Shown in pieces: positions 12,546 to 25,204 of a stretch of DNA of 64,000 bases (the first letter of the stretch is position 1; every line of letters starts with the position of its first letter). Made by a program: the position numbers and the translations under genes. The DNA comes from Isurus oxyrinchus (lineage: Eukaryota). The notes under the pieces were generated by a model. The model saw only the letters and a program-made list of their open reading frames with translations, was not told where the DNA came from and made no database searches. The stretch covers positions 185,318,001 through 185,382,000 of the forward strand of contig JANJGN010000005.1 of NCBI GenBank assembly GCA_026770705.1, read 5' to 3'.

Positions 12546-13399
12546 CCGCGCACATTGGAACAGTTTTGCAATCAGCTTACTTGAATCAATATTGCTTGCT
12601 CTGACTTTCACAAAAGCAAACTGATTTTTCTGCATTGGAACTAAAATGCTTGTTTCTTTGTGTCCCAAGCACCTCGATTTATTTGAATAGGATTATAATT
12701 AATGCTTTTCTCAAGAAGAGAAAAGGAAATCTCATTGCCTGACTTTGAAAAGTATGTAGGAGCATGAAAATCAGAGTCTTGTCCTTCATTCACTTAATGC
12801 TCCAGAATGTCTGATTTTGAATAAAATCCTGGGGAAATTTCCAAAAAGTGAGATTTGTGCGCTGGCGAATTCTTAGCTCAAAATGTATATGGAATAATGA
12901 TTTTCACCCAAACAGGATGGCGTTCAAACAAGTTGGAAAATTAACCTCCCAACTCAACGGTGTCTTTCTATCGCTCTGACTGAGTGATGAGCAAGCCCAG
13001 GAGATTACAAGCATTTGGCCAAGCATTTGAATGCAATGTCAGCCAGGTCTTCATCACAGGGGCTCAGGTTTATACAAAACATAGACAGAGTAAGTGTCAG
13101 GTCAATTACATTCTGGGCAACTTCAAAACACAAATGGCTGAATTGTAGATGTTTACAAACTGTGTGTGTTTCTGGTGTGTTTCACTGGTTTCTGATTCTG
13201 TCTTGGGGGCAATGGGATGAGAGAGGGGTGGCGTGGGGCAGGGAGGGAAGCACAAATCAGTGTATTTCTGACTAACTAAAAACTTTAACCGGGTAAACAA
13301 TCAAAGCACCAGCCTGGACTATTTAACATCCTCTTTAAAATCTTTTGATACAATGTAAGGGAAGGCTTCAGCCATTTTCCTGAAATGAAATCTCAAAAA

Positions 13400-13660
13400 T
13401 GAATGTGCGTGTGTTTAAAAGGGTGTGTGCCCAACTGTATTTACAGGCGTGCATGTTTTATAACATGTCATATGTGTATGACACATTTATGTATCTATAT
13501 CCATTATTATTTATAAATACATGATTGTGATGTGTGTATAAGACGTGCAAATATGCGTGCTCATATATTGATGATGCATGTGTGATTGCTTTTAAGATTA
13601 TGATATATGTTTTATTGCTACATGTATACTTGCATACACATATTTTTATGTGCACTTATA
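13400..13660. repeat. AT/GT-rich low-complexity tract
   Basis: Degenerate (TA)/(TG) alternation. Confidence 0.6.
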
Positions 13661-14102
13661 ATAGCTTACAGCAATTTAAAAAACAATATTCCAACATAAC
13701 AGTAGCACTCAAACTATTGCCCTCCATATTTCAGTCAAGAATAAATACCATCATACTGAATAACAAGATGCAGAACGCTGTTTTAAAAGTTCACCAGTGG
13801 GGTAAGCATTATCATTTAATAAAAAAAATGAGTTCAGTCAGTTGTTTTTTTTTGTTTGTGCAGCCCACACAGTTTGAGCAAATCAGTAATTTTGCTTTTA
13901 AACACTCGTATATTTTACTCATCAGTTCATCTGTATTGACTAACCAATGTCACGGATAAAGAGAGAATATTATTCTCAGTCATTATAACCAACCTGCTCT
14001 TTGGTGTAATTTGGCACAGGATCAGTTTGAATGCAAGTACCTGAAAGAGCTGAAAGCTTAGCAGCAAGTCTACAGTTTCAATTTCAGCCCGGATCCACTC
14101 AC

Positions 14103-14293
14103 GGTTTAGAGCAGTTCCTTCATCCAGCATTTCTTTTTTAGCTATTATTACCGAGTCTAAAGTTCATGACCCTACATTGGACACAAGCACAGTAGCACAA
14201 TAGATATCAGAAATCTCTGTGTGGCATTCACGTGACATGGCTCCCACGAGGCAGTATAGAAATGAGCTTATTACAAAGCTCTCTGCAGCTAAC
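14103..14293 (-). other. Candidate exon (191 nt), possibly 5' UTR plus start MLDEGTALN
   Basis: Strong acceptor tttttttttatcttgttgcag| (14294) and donor |GTGAGT (14102-14097). ATG at 14130 is in phase 1 to the donor. Confidence 0.35.
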
Positions 14294-15689
14294 CTGCAAC
14301 AAGATAAAAAAAAAGCATCGCCAACAATGGATTGAAAAATGATACAAAGAGTGTTATTAGCAACGCATGTATAGAATTATGAATAATCAGTATTAAAAAG
14401 CAAATAAGCTTTGAGAAACAATAATCTTGTTTTAATTAAATATTATAATGGAAACATTTTGCAAATTTATCTGTAATTTTTGGTTGCAGACTGAAATAGA
14501 TGAATTGGCATATGTTTTGGACCTGGTAAGCAATTGAAGTAAATAGAAAAGGCTTTGCTGCTGCTCATAGGCTTATTCTCATGCTTAGAAGAAAAGGAAT
14601 AATGCAAAAAGATAAAGACATGCGTGGACTATTGGCAAACCTGGTGAATCCCACGAGATGTATTTTAAAACTAAGGGGTTAGACCTTGCATTTCTTTAAA
14701 CCTGTTGATTTCAATAGAAATAAATAATCATGAGACATGTAAAAAAGGGGCTGCCCATTCTCAATCACTCAGTTTGCACAATGGCAAAGTCACAATTATC
14801 CCCAATGAGCCCATTTTTGGAGACCAATGTCTTGCGCCCCAGTAACCAGTTTGAACATGCACTGCAGCTGCATTGCCATCTTGATGCTCCACACTGGGCA
14901 TTGGTAAGTTTTTGTCCTTATTGTCCATGAGTCCTTTGCCTTTTTTCCCCCAATTACATGTAGTCAGTTCACTAATATATGGGAGGTTTTACATTCAGGC
15001 TGAGCTTGAGTTGAAACTTGAACATAACATCATTGCAATAAACCTGGCACACCACCCAGTGTATTCCAGACACTTTCTCCTGGATGTGCCCCAAGGGATA
15101 CTCGAGGTCAATGGGTTTCACATTTGTTTTTTTATACATTCTTAATCATTGAAATTTGATGCTATAAACCTTTAGTGCACTGAGTGTGTGCTTACTCCAT
15201 TCTACTTGTCAGGGTATACAGGCAGCCTCACCTTGTCAACCTTTGCCTGCTTTTTAACACCTTCACACATTGTAGATTGATGGGTCAGTCTTCTCCCTTT
15301 TCTCCCTTTGGATTCACAAAAATGTTAACTGCTTCTGGAGCCATATAACTAGCCACTCAGAGGCTAATTTCTTTTAAAATATATCCCACCTTCAAATCTG
15401 AACATGGGAGTCACAACAATGTGAAAAGCATAGAGAACACGGATAGAGTAGGAAAATACATGAAGTTTAAACAAAACAGCAGGTGGGTTAAAAAGAAGAG
15501 AGAAGGGAGGGTCAAAGGGCAGACATACGTTTATGTAAAAACAGCTTAAAAATCTATGTTTGTTTCTATGGTTTATGGTTAACATTGCAGTAATCAAACT
15601 CTGTTTGATGCCCAAATAACATTAGTATCACCTTATTGTTCGGATGTCTCACGCAACTAGTTACTCCCCCTTGATGCCCATTAATCTTC

Positions 15690-16655
15690 TAATCAGCTCA
15701 CCTTGATCCCTCAACAATGGACTGCCGCAAGGATCAGAAAAGGCAACGTGCCACCAACGAAGTCGCGCAAATTAGCATATGTGGACAATCTTGCCCTGGC
15801 AATGCAAGTAGCCACCTTCGACAACATTGAGTCCACTTTGAACAGGGACTTCAACATCATGCCTGAGTAATTCCAGAAATGGAGGCTCAAACCAAACCTG
15901 CACACCCCATTCCATCTTGATGACAAGAATGCTAAACACCCCCCGATTGCGACCGTCTGCAGCAACCTTGTACGACATGACTCCAGTCCGGCTTACCTCG
16001 GAGTAAAGCTGGACCTAACGCTAACCTTCCACAATCACCTGAAGAAGGTAGCCACCAGGACAAAGTAAAGAGTCAACTCAATCCAGAAACCTCCAAACAC
16101 CAGTTGGAGAGCCCCAGCGCCCAGTACTATGGACTTCAGCGATGGTCCTTATATACTCTGTAACAGAGTACTGTCCACCGACATATACCTGAGGTAGCCA
16201 CACACAACTGGTTGATGTTCAACAGAATACTCAAGTCCACCCCAACACCCTGGCTACCTGTGCTGGCATACATTTCCAACTCCTCAAGAATCTTATATCA
16301 TTCAATAAGGTCGCCTTTCATTCTTCTAAACTCCAATGAATACAGGTCCAACCTACTCAACCTGTCCTCATAAGAAAACCCCTCCATTGCCTGGTTTGGA
16401 ACTCCCTCGGAATTCATGGGCATTTCTAAAGCACATCTGTACAAACCAAGGCAGGTGTGAAAACTGATCTGCAAATGGAAAATTAAAAACTCTCCTGTGG
16501 GCGACTGTGATCACCCAGAACAGACCAAGAAACACATAATGACTCATAAATACTCAGGAGGTATTACAGCGATACACAGTGCCACTCCTGACATAATATC
16601 CTGACTTGGCCACCTTGATGTAAAATTATAGTTATTGATCTATACGAAAGAAGAT
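15690..16655 (+). mobile_element. Vingi/Ingi-clade non-LTR retrotransposon relic, with an internal minus-strand CR1 piece (~16280-16390)
   Basis: Translates RKLAYVDNLALAMQ (YADD-like), FQKWRLKPN, YLGVKLDLTLTFHNHL and C-terminal KWKIKNSPVGDCDHPEQTKKHI (zinc knuckle remnant). 3' end 'tatacgaaagaaga'. Confidence 0.7.
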
Positions 16656-16984
16656 CTTCTCCTAAAGTGCAGGCTCCACCCTTCTTTAAGACCCTCACAG
16701 AGGACGCTTTGTTAGATAGAACACACTTGAAATTAAACTACTTGATGCTATTAAAAGATAGTTTGAGTTAAGACTATCTTGTAAATGAACATTTCCAACT
16801 CCATGAAGGGCATTTTTAAGATGGCAGCATTTTGCTTCTAGAAAGAGAAATCTTATAGTTATCCAGATTGCTCATGACATTATCCAGCTTAAAGTTACCA
16901 GCCCTCCAATATTGACCTGGAGTTCACCGGAATTAAATAAAGACTAACCTTGTGTTATATCATCACAAGCAACAGAGGAGAAAA

Positions 16985-18125
16985 AGTCCTCTCCCTCCCA
17001 GAACCTTGATAAGGTCCCCCTTGTCCTCACTTATCACCCCACCAGCCTCCACATTCAAAGGATCATCCTCCACCATTTCTGCCAACTCCAGCATGATGCC
17101 ACCACCAAACACATCTTCCCTTCACCCCACCTGGCGGCTTTCTGCAGGGATCGTTCCCTCTGGGACACCCTGGTCCACTCCTCTATCACCCCCTATACCT
17201 CAGACCCCTCCAACGGCACCTTCCCATGCAATTGCAGAAGGTGCAACACCTGCTCCTTTATTCCCCCCCACCCACCCCTACCTCACCATCCAAGGGCCCA
17301 AACACTCCTTTCAAGTGAAGCAGCATTTCACTTGCACTTCCCTCAATTTAGTCTACTGCATTTGCTGCTCCCAATGCGGTTTCCTCTACATTGGAGACAC
17401 CAAACACAGACTGGGTGATCACTTTGTGCAACACCTTTGGTCTGTCCGCAAGCATTACCCAGACCTCCCTGTCGCTTGCCATTTCAACACTCCACCCTGC
17501 TCTCATGCCCACATGTCCGTCCTTGGCCTGCTGCATTGTTCCAGTGAAGCCCAACGCAAACTGGAGGAACAGCATCTCATCTTCCGACTAGGCACTTAAC
17601 AGCCTTCCGGACTGAATATTGAGTTCAACAATTTTAGATCATGAGCTCCCTCCTCCATCCCCACCCCCTTCTGATCCCCCTTTTTCCAATAATTTATAAC
17701 TTTTTTTACAATTTTTTTTTCTTTTCCCTCCTATTTTTAAATTTATTTCGATCTATTATTTCATCTCCACCTTTTAGCCCATTTCAATCCCTTCCCCTCA
17801 CCCCACCCCCACTAGGGCCATCTGCCACTAGCTTGCTTCCCTTAATGTCCCCTATTAGCCCATCCTTTAGATAATATCACCACCGTCAACACCCCTTTGT
17901 CCTTTTGTCTATGACATCTTTGGCAGTCTCTTCTTGGCCTCCACCTATCACTGGCCTCCTATCGAGCTCTCCTGTCCCACGCCTTCTACCAGCTTATATT
18001 TCATCGCATTTCTATATGTCTTAGTTCTGATGTAGGGTCATACAGACTCGAAACGTCAACTGTGTCCCTCTCCGCAGATGCTGTCGGACCTGCTGAGTTT
18101 TTCCAGGTAATTTTGTTTTTGTTCT
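16985..18125 (+). mobile_element. Penelope-like element, 5'-truncated: GIY-YIG endonuclease remnant, 3' UTR and hammerhead motif
   Basis: ORF 16952..17599 contains FTCTSLNLVYCICCSQCGFLYIGDTKHRLGDHFVQHL...EQHLIFRLGT*QPSGLNIEF. An 11-bp TSD agaggagaaaa lies at 16974-16984 and 18126-18136. Confidence 0.9.
18023..18061 (+). ncRNA. Minimal type I hammerhead ribozyme motif (A9 appears mutated)
   Basis: AGUU-CUGAUGU-A-GGGUC-AUACA-GACUC-GAA-ACGU-C-AACU: stem I AGUU/AACU, stem II GGGUC/GACUC, palindromic ACGU as stem III. Confidence 0.7.
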
Positions 18126-18579
18126 AGAGGAGAAAATGTGGTTGGGGGGATTAAAAACATGGTGCATTTTGGTCAACTCCTTTGGACACTTCTGTTTCTT
18201 AAGTATAAAAGTATTGCCATGGATGTGTCAAACGACCAATAATGGGAGCATGGGGGCGGGGCAATTGGAGGTGGGAGATCATGTGATGAAACCGGGAATT
18301 CATCCAACCAAAGTTGGCAACCCTGACCCAGCCTGATATCATTACAAACAGCAGCACCAAACAAGACAATGAGAAATATTTAGCAATGACAGTGTGGTGA
18401 TTTGTATTGGATTTGATTTGAGTTGCTTCTATTGTGTCTCCTGAAGCTTATGGGATCTCTTTGACATCCCCTTGGGCAGAAAGCCATTGAAAACCAGCTT
18501 TCAAACATGCTTAATAAATGTAACACAAGTAACTGTTCTTACACGATGTGCTTTTATCTTGGCTGTGCTGTGTGCCTGA

Positions 18580-18940
18580 GAATCAGAGAGTCCTACAGCA
18601 AAGAAAGAGGGCCATTTGGCCCATCATGCCTATCCTGGCTGTTTGAAGCCAATGTCTAATTTAGCCCATAATGTCAGCATTTTCTCCATAGCCCTGCAAA
18701 TTAGTTCTCTTCAAGTACATCTCTATTTACCTTTTGAAAATTCCCACAGAATCTGATTGCACCGCCCTTTCAGGAAGCGTGTGCCACATCCTAACAACCC
18801 TCTGTGCGAAGGCGTATCTCCTAATTTCCCCTCTAGTCATATTGCCAATTATTTTAAATCTATGACTTTGGGGTATTGACCAACTTGCCAGAGGAATCAG
18901 TTTCTCCCTGCGGGCTTTATCAACACCCCTCATCATTTCT
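18580..18940 (-). mobile_element. CR1 LINE 3' fragment
   Basis: ORF 18727..18936 (-) reads MRGVDK..HRFKIIG..FAQRVVRMWHTLPE. Confidence 0.85.
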
Positions 18941-19139
18941 GAATTGGAGCATCTACCAGAATGTCGGATTTTGTTTTAAAGTTAATAACATTTTATTAAG
19001 ATTGACTTAGAACAATTCATTTTTTTATTTGCATTTCCTGCTCAACAACACTTTTTTTTTGTAAAAGGGAGACCATGGTGCAAATGCTTACATCTGAACT
19101 TCTTGCAAAAAGAAGTGTGAATTTCACAAAAGCTTCTTT

Positions 19140-19660
19140 TTTATGCACTCATGGCACTGCTGGCAAAGGCAGCATTTATTGCCCATTCCTAATTGCCCTT
19201 GAAAAGGTGCTGGTGAGCTGCCTTCTTGAACCGCTGCAGTCCGTGTGATGTAGGTACACCCACAGTGCTGCTGAGGGAGTTGGAGGATTTTGAGCCAGCA
19301 ACAGTGAAGGAACAGCGATATGGTTCCAAGTCAGGATGATGTGTGGCTGCCTGCTGCCTTTGTTCCTCTAGGTAGCAGAGGTCATGTGTTTGGCAGGCTC
19401 TGCAGGAACCTTGGCGATTTGCTGCAGTGCATCTTGTAGATGGTACACGCTGCTGCCTCATTGTGCATCAGTGGTGGAGGGTTTGAATGTCGAAGGCGGT
19501 CAGTAGGGTGCCAGTCAAGTAGGCTGATTTGTCCTGGATAGCATCGAGCTTCTTGAGTGTTGTTGGAGCTGCACTCATCCAGGCAGGTGGAGAGTATTTC
19601 ATCACACTCCTGCTTTGTGCCTTGTAGATGATGGACAGGCTTTGAGGAGTCAGGAGGTGA
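19140..19660 (-). mobile_element. LINE 3' end, CR1/L2 supergroup family B
   Basis: 'gcatttattgcccattcctaattgcccttga..ttcttgaaccgctgcagtcc' tail and CTIYKMHCS motif. Same family at 21.5-22.3, 31.4-32.0 and 61.6-62.0 kb. Confidence 0.85.
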
Positions 19661-21494
19661 ATGGAACATGCTCAAGATAGCTTTGCATGTAAGACATAAT
19701 GGGCTAGAAGCTCATCAATGCCCCCATTCTGAAATCACAGAAGAAGCATTACAGATACAATACTTGCCTGAACTGGAAGGTCTAAGTCATGCCTGAATTA
19801 GGTCAGTTGTGCCTCAGTAGGCAGCTTATCATTGTTCCAGGGCTGATAACCCTCCATGATTGACCTGGAGCCTCCAGGAATTAAAGATTAATCCTCTGGA
19901 GGCTACAGTGAATAACTGCAGTAGAAAGATCATAGAGGCATTAAAAACAGAGGTGTGTTTCCTTCATTCTGTTAGAACATCGTTGTGTTGTTAAAATACT
20001 GGTGAGGCTCAAAAAAAGGCCATTTGGCTGGATGGAACACTTGGAGGTAGGAGGTCATGTCATAAAACCTATGGATATCCTACCTTGCACAGGAATAAAT
20101 TTTGAGTCACCTGCAAGATATGGCTTTAGATAAGTGCCAGTGTTGGGTGGGAGGGGGAGTGGGGGCCAGCAGGGGAATGTCAAGGACAGCTAGAGGGGGT
20201 TGAATATGGTCATTAGGGGTGCTGGGGAGCTGGGAGGGATGCACCTGTCTCTCACAAATTATTTCTAAAAGCAAAAAAATTAAAGTTTGGTGTTGACAGG
20301 GTCCTTGCCTTCAGTCAAGCCAGGAAAAACTCTAGAAGGCAATTTTTTCAGTGGGATCCTAAAACAAGTGGTTCGGCTCCTCAGTGGCCCATGCAAGGGA
20401 TCAAAATGCTTGCTTCTCAAGTGTCTTTGGGGGCACAGCTTATTGTCCTCAGCATGGGGAAACAGGAGCACATTTCTACCTCAATGAGCACAGGGCAGCC
20501 ATTTGTTTCCACTTCCTAAGATAAGCTGGTCAGACTCAAGGGCAGCAATACCAACTTAACATTCTTCAGGTAATGACTCAGACAGCAGTGGCAAAGGCAA
20601 CATGGAATTGAGGCAGACTGATGGACCTGTGATAACAAAAAAGGCAACTCTTGTAAAACAAAAACCCTGCAGTGCATATAGTGCTCGCAGTAACCGATAA
20701 TGCCCGTGAATTTGAAAGGGAGATGAGAAAAATGGAATCCGCCTGATGCTTGTTTTTCATGATTATAAATAACAGGTGAACCCATCACCTCCCATCTACA
20801 GTTTAGTTGAAACAATTTCAATTTTACGTTGTAGGCTAAGAAAATGAAACAAAAGTTAACGATTGCCGATTACCTGTAGTATAGAAAAATCAGCCATGCT
20901 TTTAGATACTCTTTCTCATTGTATTTAATGCTTAGTCATACCCTTCACCTCAGAGAAAAGCGGATATGCACAATGCAAGAGATGACAGCTTATTTTTTTT
21001 AATTCCTCGATGTTTTAAACCTATTATGTTTCAAAGCTAGGCCCAAATTTTGGCAGTAAATGATAATGGGAGCTGACTTGATGTGAGCAGCACGTTTTCC
21101 TCAGGTGATCTGCTGCCTCTGAAGACCCCAAAAATGTGGGCAGGACACATGCACACATTTCCGACTGGAAATCTGCCACCTACCATGTTAAAAAGGAGAA
21201 ACAAGGGGCAGCTTTGGCAGAACTACCTGCTGCAGCCTCCAACTGCACTGCCACCTTCCAGATGATTGGGTCTAAGGTCCAAAATCTGGGGCTCCTCTTG
21301 CACCATTCATACATGGGGCAATTATTACTGTGCAGGGAGCAGTGAGGTCAGCAAAAGACCACTCACAAACTTAACCTCTTGATAAGAGTCATCAAAATTG
21401 TTCTGTATTTCCCTTTATGATCTGTTATATTCCTAGCAAATTATACAATTGTGGTAGAATTGATGTTAAAACAATTTCACTGTATATATTTTTT

Positions 21495-22265
21495 AAATTT
21501 TATTTGTTTCTTGGATGTGGACATCACAGGCAAGGCCAGCATTTGTTGCCCATCCCCAATTGCCTTCGAGAAGGTGGTGGGTGAGGCGCCTTTTTGAACC
21601 GTTGCACTCCATATGGTGTAGGTACACCCACAGTGCTGTTAGGGAGGGATTTCCAGGATTTTGACCCAGAGATAGTGAAGGGACGGCGATATAGCTCAAA
21701 GTCAGGATGGTGGTTGAGTCGGAGGGGAGTTTTTTTTAATTCATTCATGGGATGTGGACATCGCTGGCTCGGCCAGCATTTATTTCCCTTAATTGCCCTT
21801 GAGAAAGTGATGGTGAGCTGTCTTCTTGAACTGCTGCAGTCCATGTGGTGTAGGTACACCCACAGTGCTGTTAGGGAGTGAGTTCCAAGATATGCAGGTG
21901 GTGGTGTTCCCATGTGTCCACTGCCCTTATCCTTCTTGCTGGTATAGGGTTTGGAAGGCGCTGTCAAAGGAGCCTTGGTAAGTTGCTGCAGAGCATCTTG
22001 TAGATGGTACATAATGCAACCACTGTGCATTGGAGGTGGGGGAACTGAATATTGAAGGTGATTGATGGGATGCCAATCAAGTGGGCTGCCTTGTCTTGGA
22101 TGGCGTGGAGCTTCTTGAGTGTTGTTGGAGCTGCGCTCATCCAGGCAAGTGGGGAGTATTCCATCACACTCCTCACTTGTACCTTGGAGGTGGTGGACAG
22201 GCTTTGGGAGGAGTCAGGAGGTGAGTGGCTCGCTGCGGGATTCCCAGCCTCTGCCCTGCTCTTGC
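21495..22265 (-). mobile_element. Two adjacent family B LINE 3' ends
   Basis: Tail repeated at ~21495-21720 and ~21735-22265. ORF 21964..22176 reads RSVMEYSPLAWMSAAPTTLKKL..QDKAAHLIG. Confidence 0.85.
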
Positions 22266-22959
22266 AATCTGGTCTTCGTTATTGTGTTCATTTTTATTTA
22301 TTTTTTGCTTAATAACAATTCTATATTTGCCCCATTTTTTTCACTGTCTCCAGCAGGCATGGGAAGTTGGTCATTTCAGTGAAAATCAGGCATTGCCGTA
22401 CCACTGCCCTGCCCCCTGCCATCACACCATCATGTTTTCGCTGGCAGCTCCGGCACAAATCAGGACGAGGCCTGACTGATATAATCCGGCCCTGTTACGT
22501 GAACGCTGACCAGGATCCCGCAGGCCAGCTGCCAACGACTTGAATGGGCACAGGGTTCAAATGGCCGCATGTGCCAATGCATCAGGAATGTTTGTTACTA
22601 CCACCGCCCCTCCCCCACTCCACACCCCCGCCTGCACCATTCCCGCTGGTTAAAAACCGATCCTCCAAACCTTGGTTCGGAACATGAGTGGCCCATTCAT
22701 GACACCATCAGATTTCAGCTTTAGATTACACAAATGAGGTTTGAGCAGTGGTTATGTCATTATTTGACCCCCACACCCCCACCGCTTCATGGAGCTACCT
22801 CGAAGACAAATTTATGAGCACTTTAGCTAATCATATTTAACCATTCACCTTGACGATTATGTGTTTTGGTATAATCTTTGACTTATATGTCTTGCATTAG
22901 CCCATTGAGAGTTGGGCATATTTTAAAGGGGCCTTGCTCCTGGATCAAATCCAATCACC

Positions 22960-23200
22960 CAACTCTCTCCAGTCCTACAACTCTCCCAGATACCTGTGTT
23001 CCTGAAATTCTGGCTTCTTGTACATTCCTGATTTCCTCTGTCCTACCATTGCCAGCCATGCCATCATCTGCCAAGGCCATAAGCTCTGGAATTGCCTCCC
23101 AAAACGTCTCCATCTCTCTCTTTTCCTTTACATGCCCCTTAAAACTCACCACTTTCACCAAGTTTTTAGTCCTTTGACCCAACATCTGCTTAGGTTTGGT
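22960..23200 (+). mobile_element. L2 LINE 3' fragment
   Basis: 'ctctccagtcctacaactctcccagatacctg', 'aagctctggaattgcctccc'; matches 29510-29700. Confidence 0.7.
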
Positions 23201-23254
23201 TCTTTACTTGCCTCACACCACACACCATACCCATGCCAAGCACCATTATCCATT

Positions 23255-23460
23255 TTGTCATTTAATCTCTCCTATATTCCACCCCATTACAGACTTTCCC
23301 TTTTGTTCTTTCTCCCTTCTCCCACTTCCCTGCCTCAGAACTTGCTTAAAAGTTGTACCCTCTCTTAACATTTCCCAGTCCTGCAGAAAGGTCCTCAACC
23401 TGAAACTTTTACTTTGTTTGTGTCTGCAGAGATGGGACATGACCCACAGAGCTTTACCTC
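23255..23460 (+). mobile_element. Old Penelope-derived 3' terminus (decayed hammerhead region)
   Basis: 'cccagtcctgcagaaaggtcctcaacctgaaacttttact..ctgcagagatg' is colinear with the PLE terminus at 18023-18100. Confidence 0.5.
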
Positions 23461-24284
23461 CTGGGGCCCAGGGTCAACTATTGTTGGTAACCTGCCCATG
23501 AAGCAGCTTGCGATGTTTTCCGACATGAACAGCGCTATACAAATGCAAGTTGTTGTTGACTATGGCATCAGGTTTTACTGGGGAATCAATAGGTGGTCAA
23601 GGGGTGCCTGTCCCCAATTTCCAATTCGATAGGGCGCAATGCTTTTCAGGCACGAAAGTGGTCAACCGTCAGTTAAATTTCTCGCCCCCCCCCCGCCCCC
23701 CCTTCCCCACACCCTGGTTAAAACTGTTCATCAAAAGTTAAACCTGGTGCAACATGAATAACGCTTTCTAAAATTGAGATTTTCCAATTAAAAGGTGAAT
23801 TCATCAGTCCACTTTCTCTCGGCGTTTCAAATGATGGCCATCTGTCAGCTGTAGTTGTGAAAATGTAGACATGGCCCTCAAAACAGTGCGCCTGTCATTT
23901 CCAATACGAAAAAGAAATGAATGAAAAAAAGAAAAGATTGTGACATGAAAGCAGCTGGCAAAAGGACTCCTGTCAAACAACACATTCAGCTCATGGGAAT
24001 AGTATCCGTCAAACTGACAATCTGTTTTGGAAAGAGAGTCGAACTGACTACATCCAGTTAGTTAGCTACCATTCAAAAGGATCTATTTCAAAAGTATTCA
24101 GTACACTTCCGTTGTCAGTGTTCTGGTGGAAACCTATAAGCTGCTGGTTCTCTTTCTTTAAGAAGCTAAAGATTAATTATTGGTGGGTTTTATTTCCTGA
24201 TATATGTGCCTTGAACTATGACTAATGCTGCTGAGTCTTTAAATTCCACTGGTCGATGTTGGTATGTGAATGAATAAAACAAGA

Positions 24285-24620
24285 CCCTGTCCCCCATCTG
24301 CCCTCTCAGGCAGATGTAAAAGAAACCCAGGATTGTGGAGAAGAGCCGGTAAGTGGGGAAGTTGATGGGGGGCGTGGGGGGGGTGGTGATGATGGTGGCA
24401 TTATCCCCGATGTCCTGGCCAATATGTAGCCCTCACCCTACATCACAAAAAAGAGATTATCTGGTCACTAACATACTGCTGCCTGTGGGAGCTTGCTGTG
24501 CGCAAATTGACTGCTTCATTTCCAACATTACAACCGTGACGATGCTCGAAAAATATTTATTCGGCCATAAAGCACCACGAAATGTCCTGAGTTCATGAAA
24601 GATGCCATAAAAATACAAGT
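24285..24620 (+). mobile_element. DeuSINE/SacSINE1-like SINE (head missing)
   Basis: Core 'ccccatctgccctctcaggcagatgtaaaaga' and 'tgtgggagcttgctgtgcgcaaattg', plus tail. Confidence 0.7.
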
Positions 24621-25204
24621 CTGTGCGTCCATCTTGGTGTTTGTATTAACTTTTTTTGTCTACCATCATATCTGAGACATTAAACTATATACTCTTAATA
24701 TGTTAATACATCTGACAAAGGAATTTTATACTTAATTAATTGTATTCTAATATTGCATCGTAATTTCAAAAGGCTACTGCCTACTCTTAATGAACTTAAA
24801 GTGGCAGTGACAACCTGGTGATATATAAAAGGCACAACAAGATCTCACCATCTGAATCTGGTTGACCTGACACTTCTCTGAGGCTGGTATCATGGTGCAT
24901 GGTGGAAAACCAATCCTTGCATGCTGTCAGAAAAGTATTTAAAGCAGAATTTTCAGGACAGTAAAATGGAAGACGGAAATTAGATGAGTTACCTATTCGG
25001 AGAAGCTGCCTGAGTGTTATCTTATTGTACAATGGCGCTATTTTAATTAACATAACGTATGGTTTCTGGTGCTAAATTGTTTTTGAGTGAAGCAACATAT
25101 GCTCTAAGGACCATCCAATAGCGGAATTAATAGATTTTAAAAGCAACAAAATGAATCTCTACTTTCACCTCTCCACACATTGCTGCTGCAAAGGAAACAG
25201 AAAC

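Larger units (their letters stand above)
16890..18325. mobile_element. Old MITE with (C)AGGGTTGCCAAC-type TIRs, host of the Penelope insertion
   Basis: Left part 'gttaccagccctccaatattgacctggag' and right end 'gttggcaaccctg' (18325). Related copies at ~19838-20090 and ~28398-28600. Confidence 0.5.

Noticed and set aside
13534-13959. 141-aa ORF
   Set aside because: Starts in TA/TG low-complexity DNA with a non-ATG start and has no recognisable motif.
16952-17599. 215-aa ORF as a host gene
   Set aside because: It is a frameshifted, stop-terminated Penelope GIY-YIG fragment inside a TSD-flanked insertion.
23376-23413. Hammerhead motif in an old PLE terminus
   Set aside because: Core and stem III are mutated (CUGCAGA; GAAACUUU); treated as a relic only.
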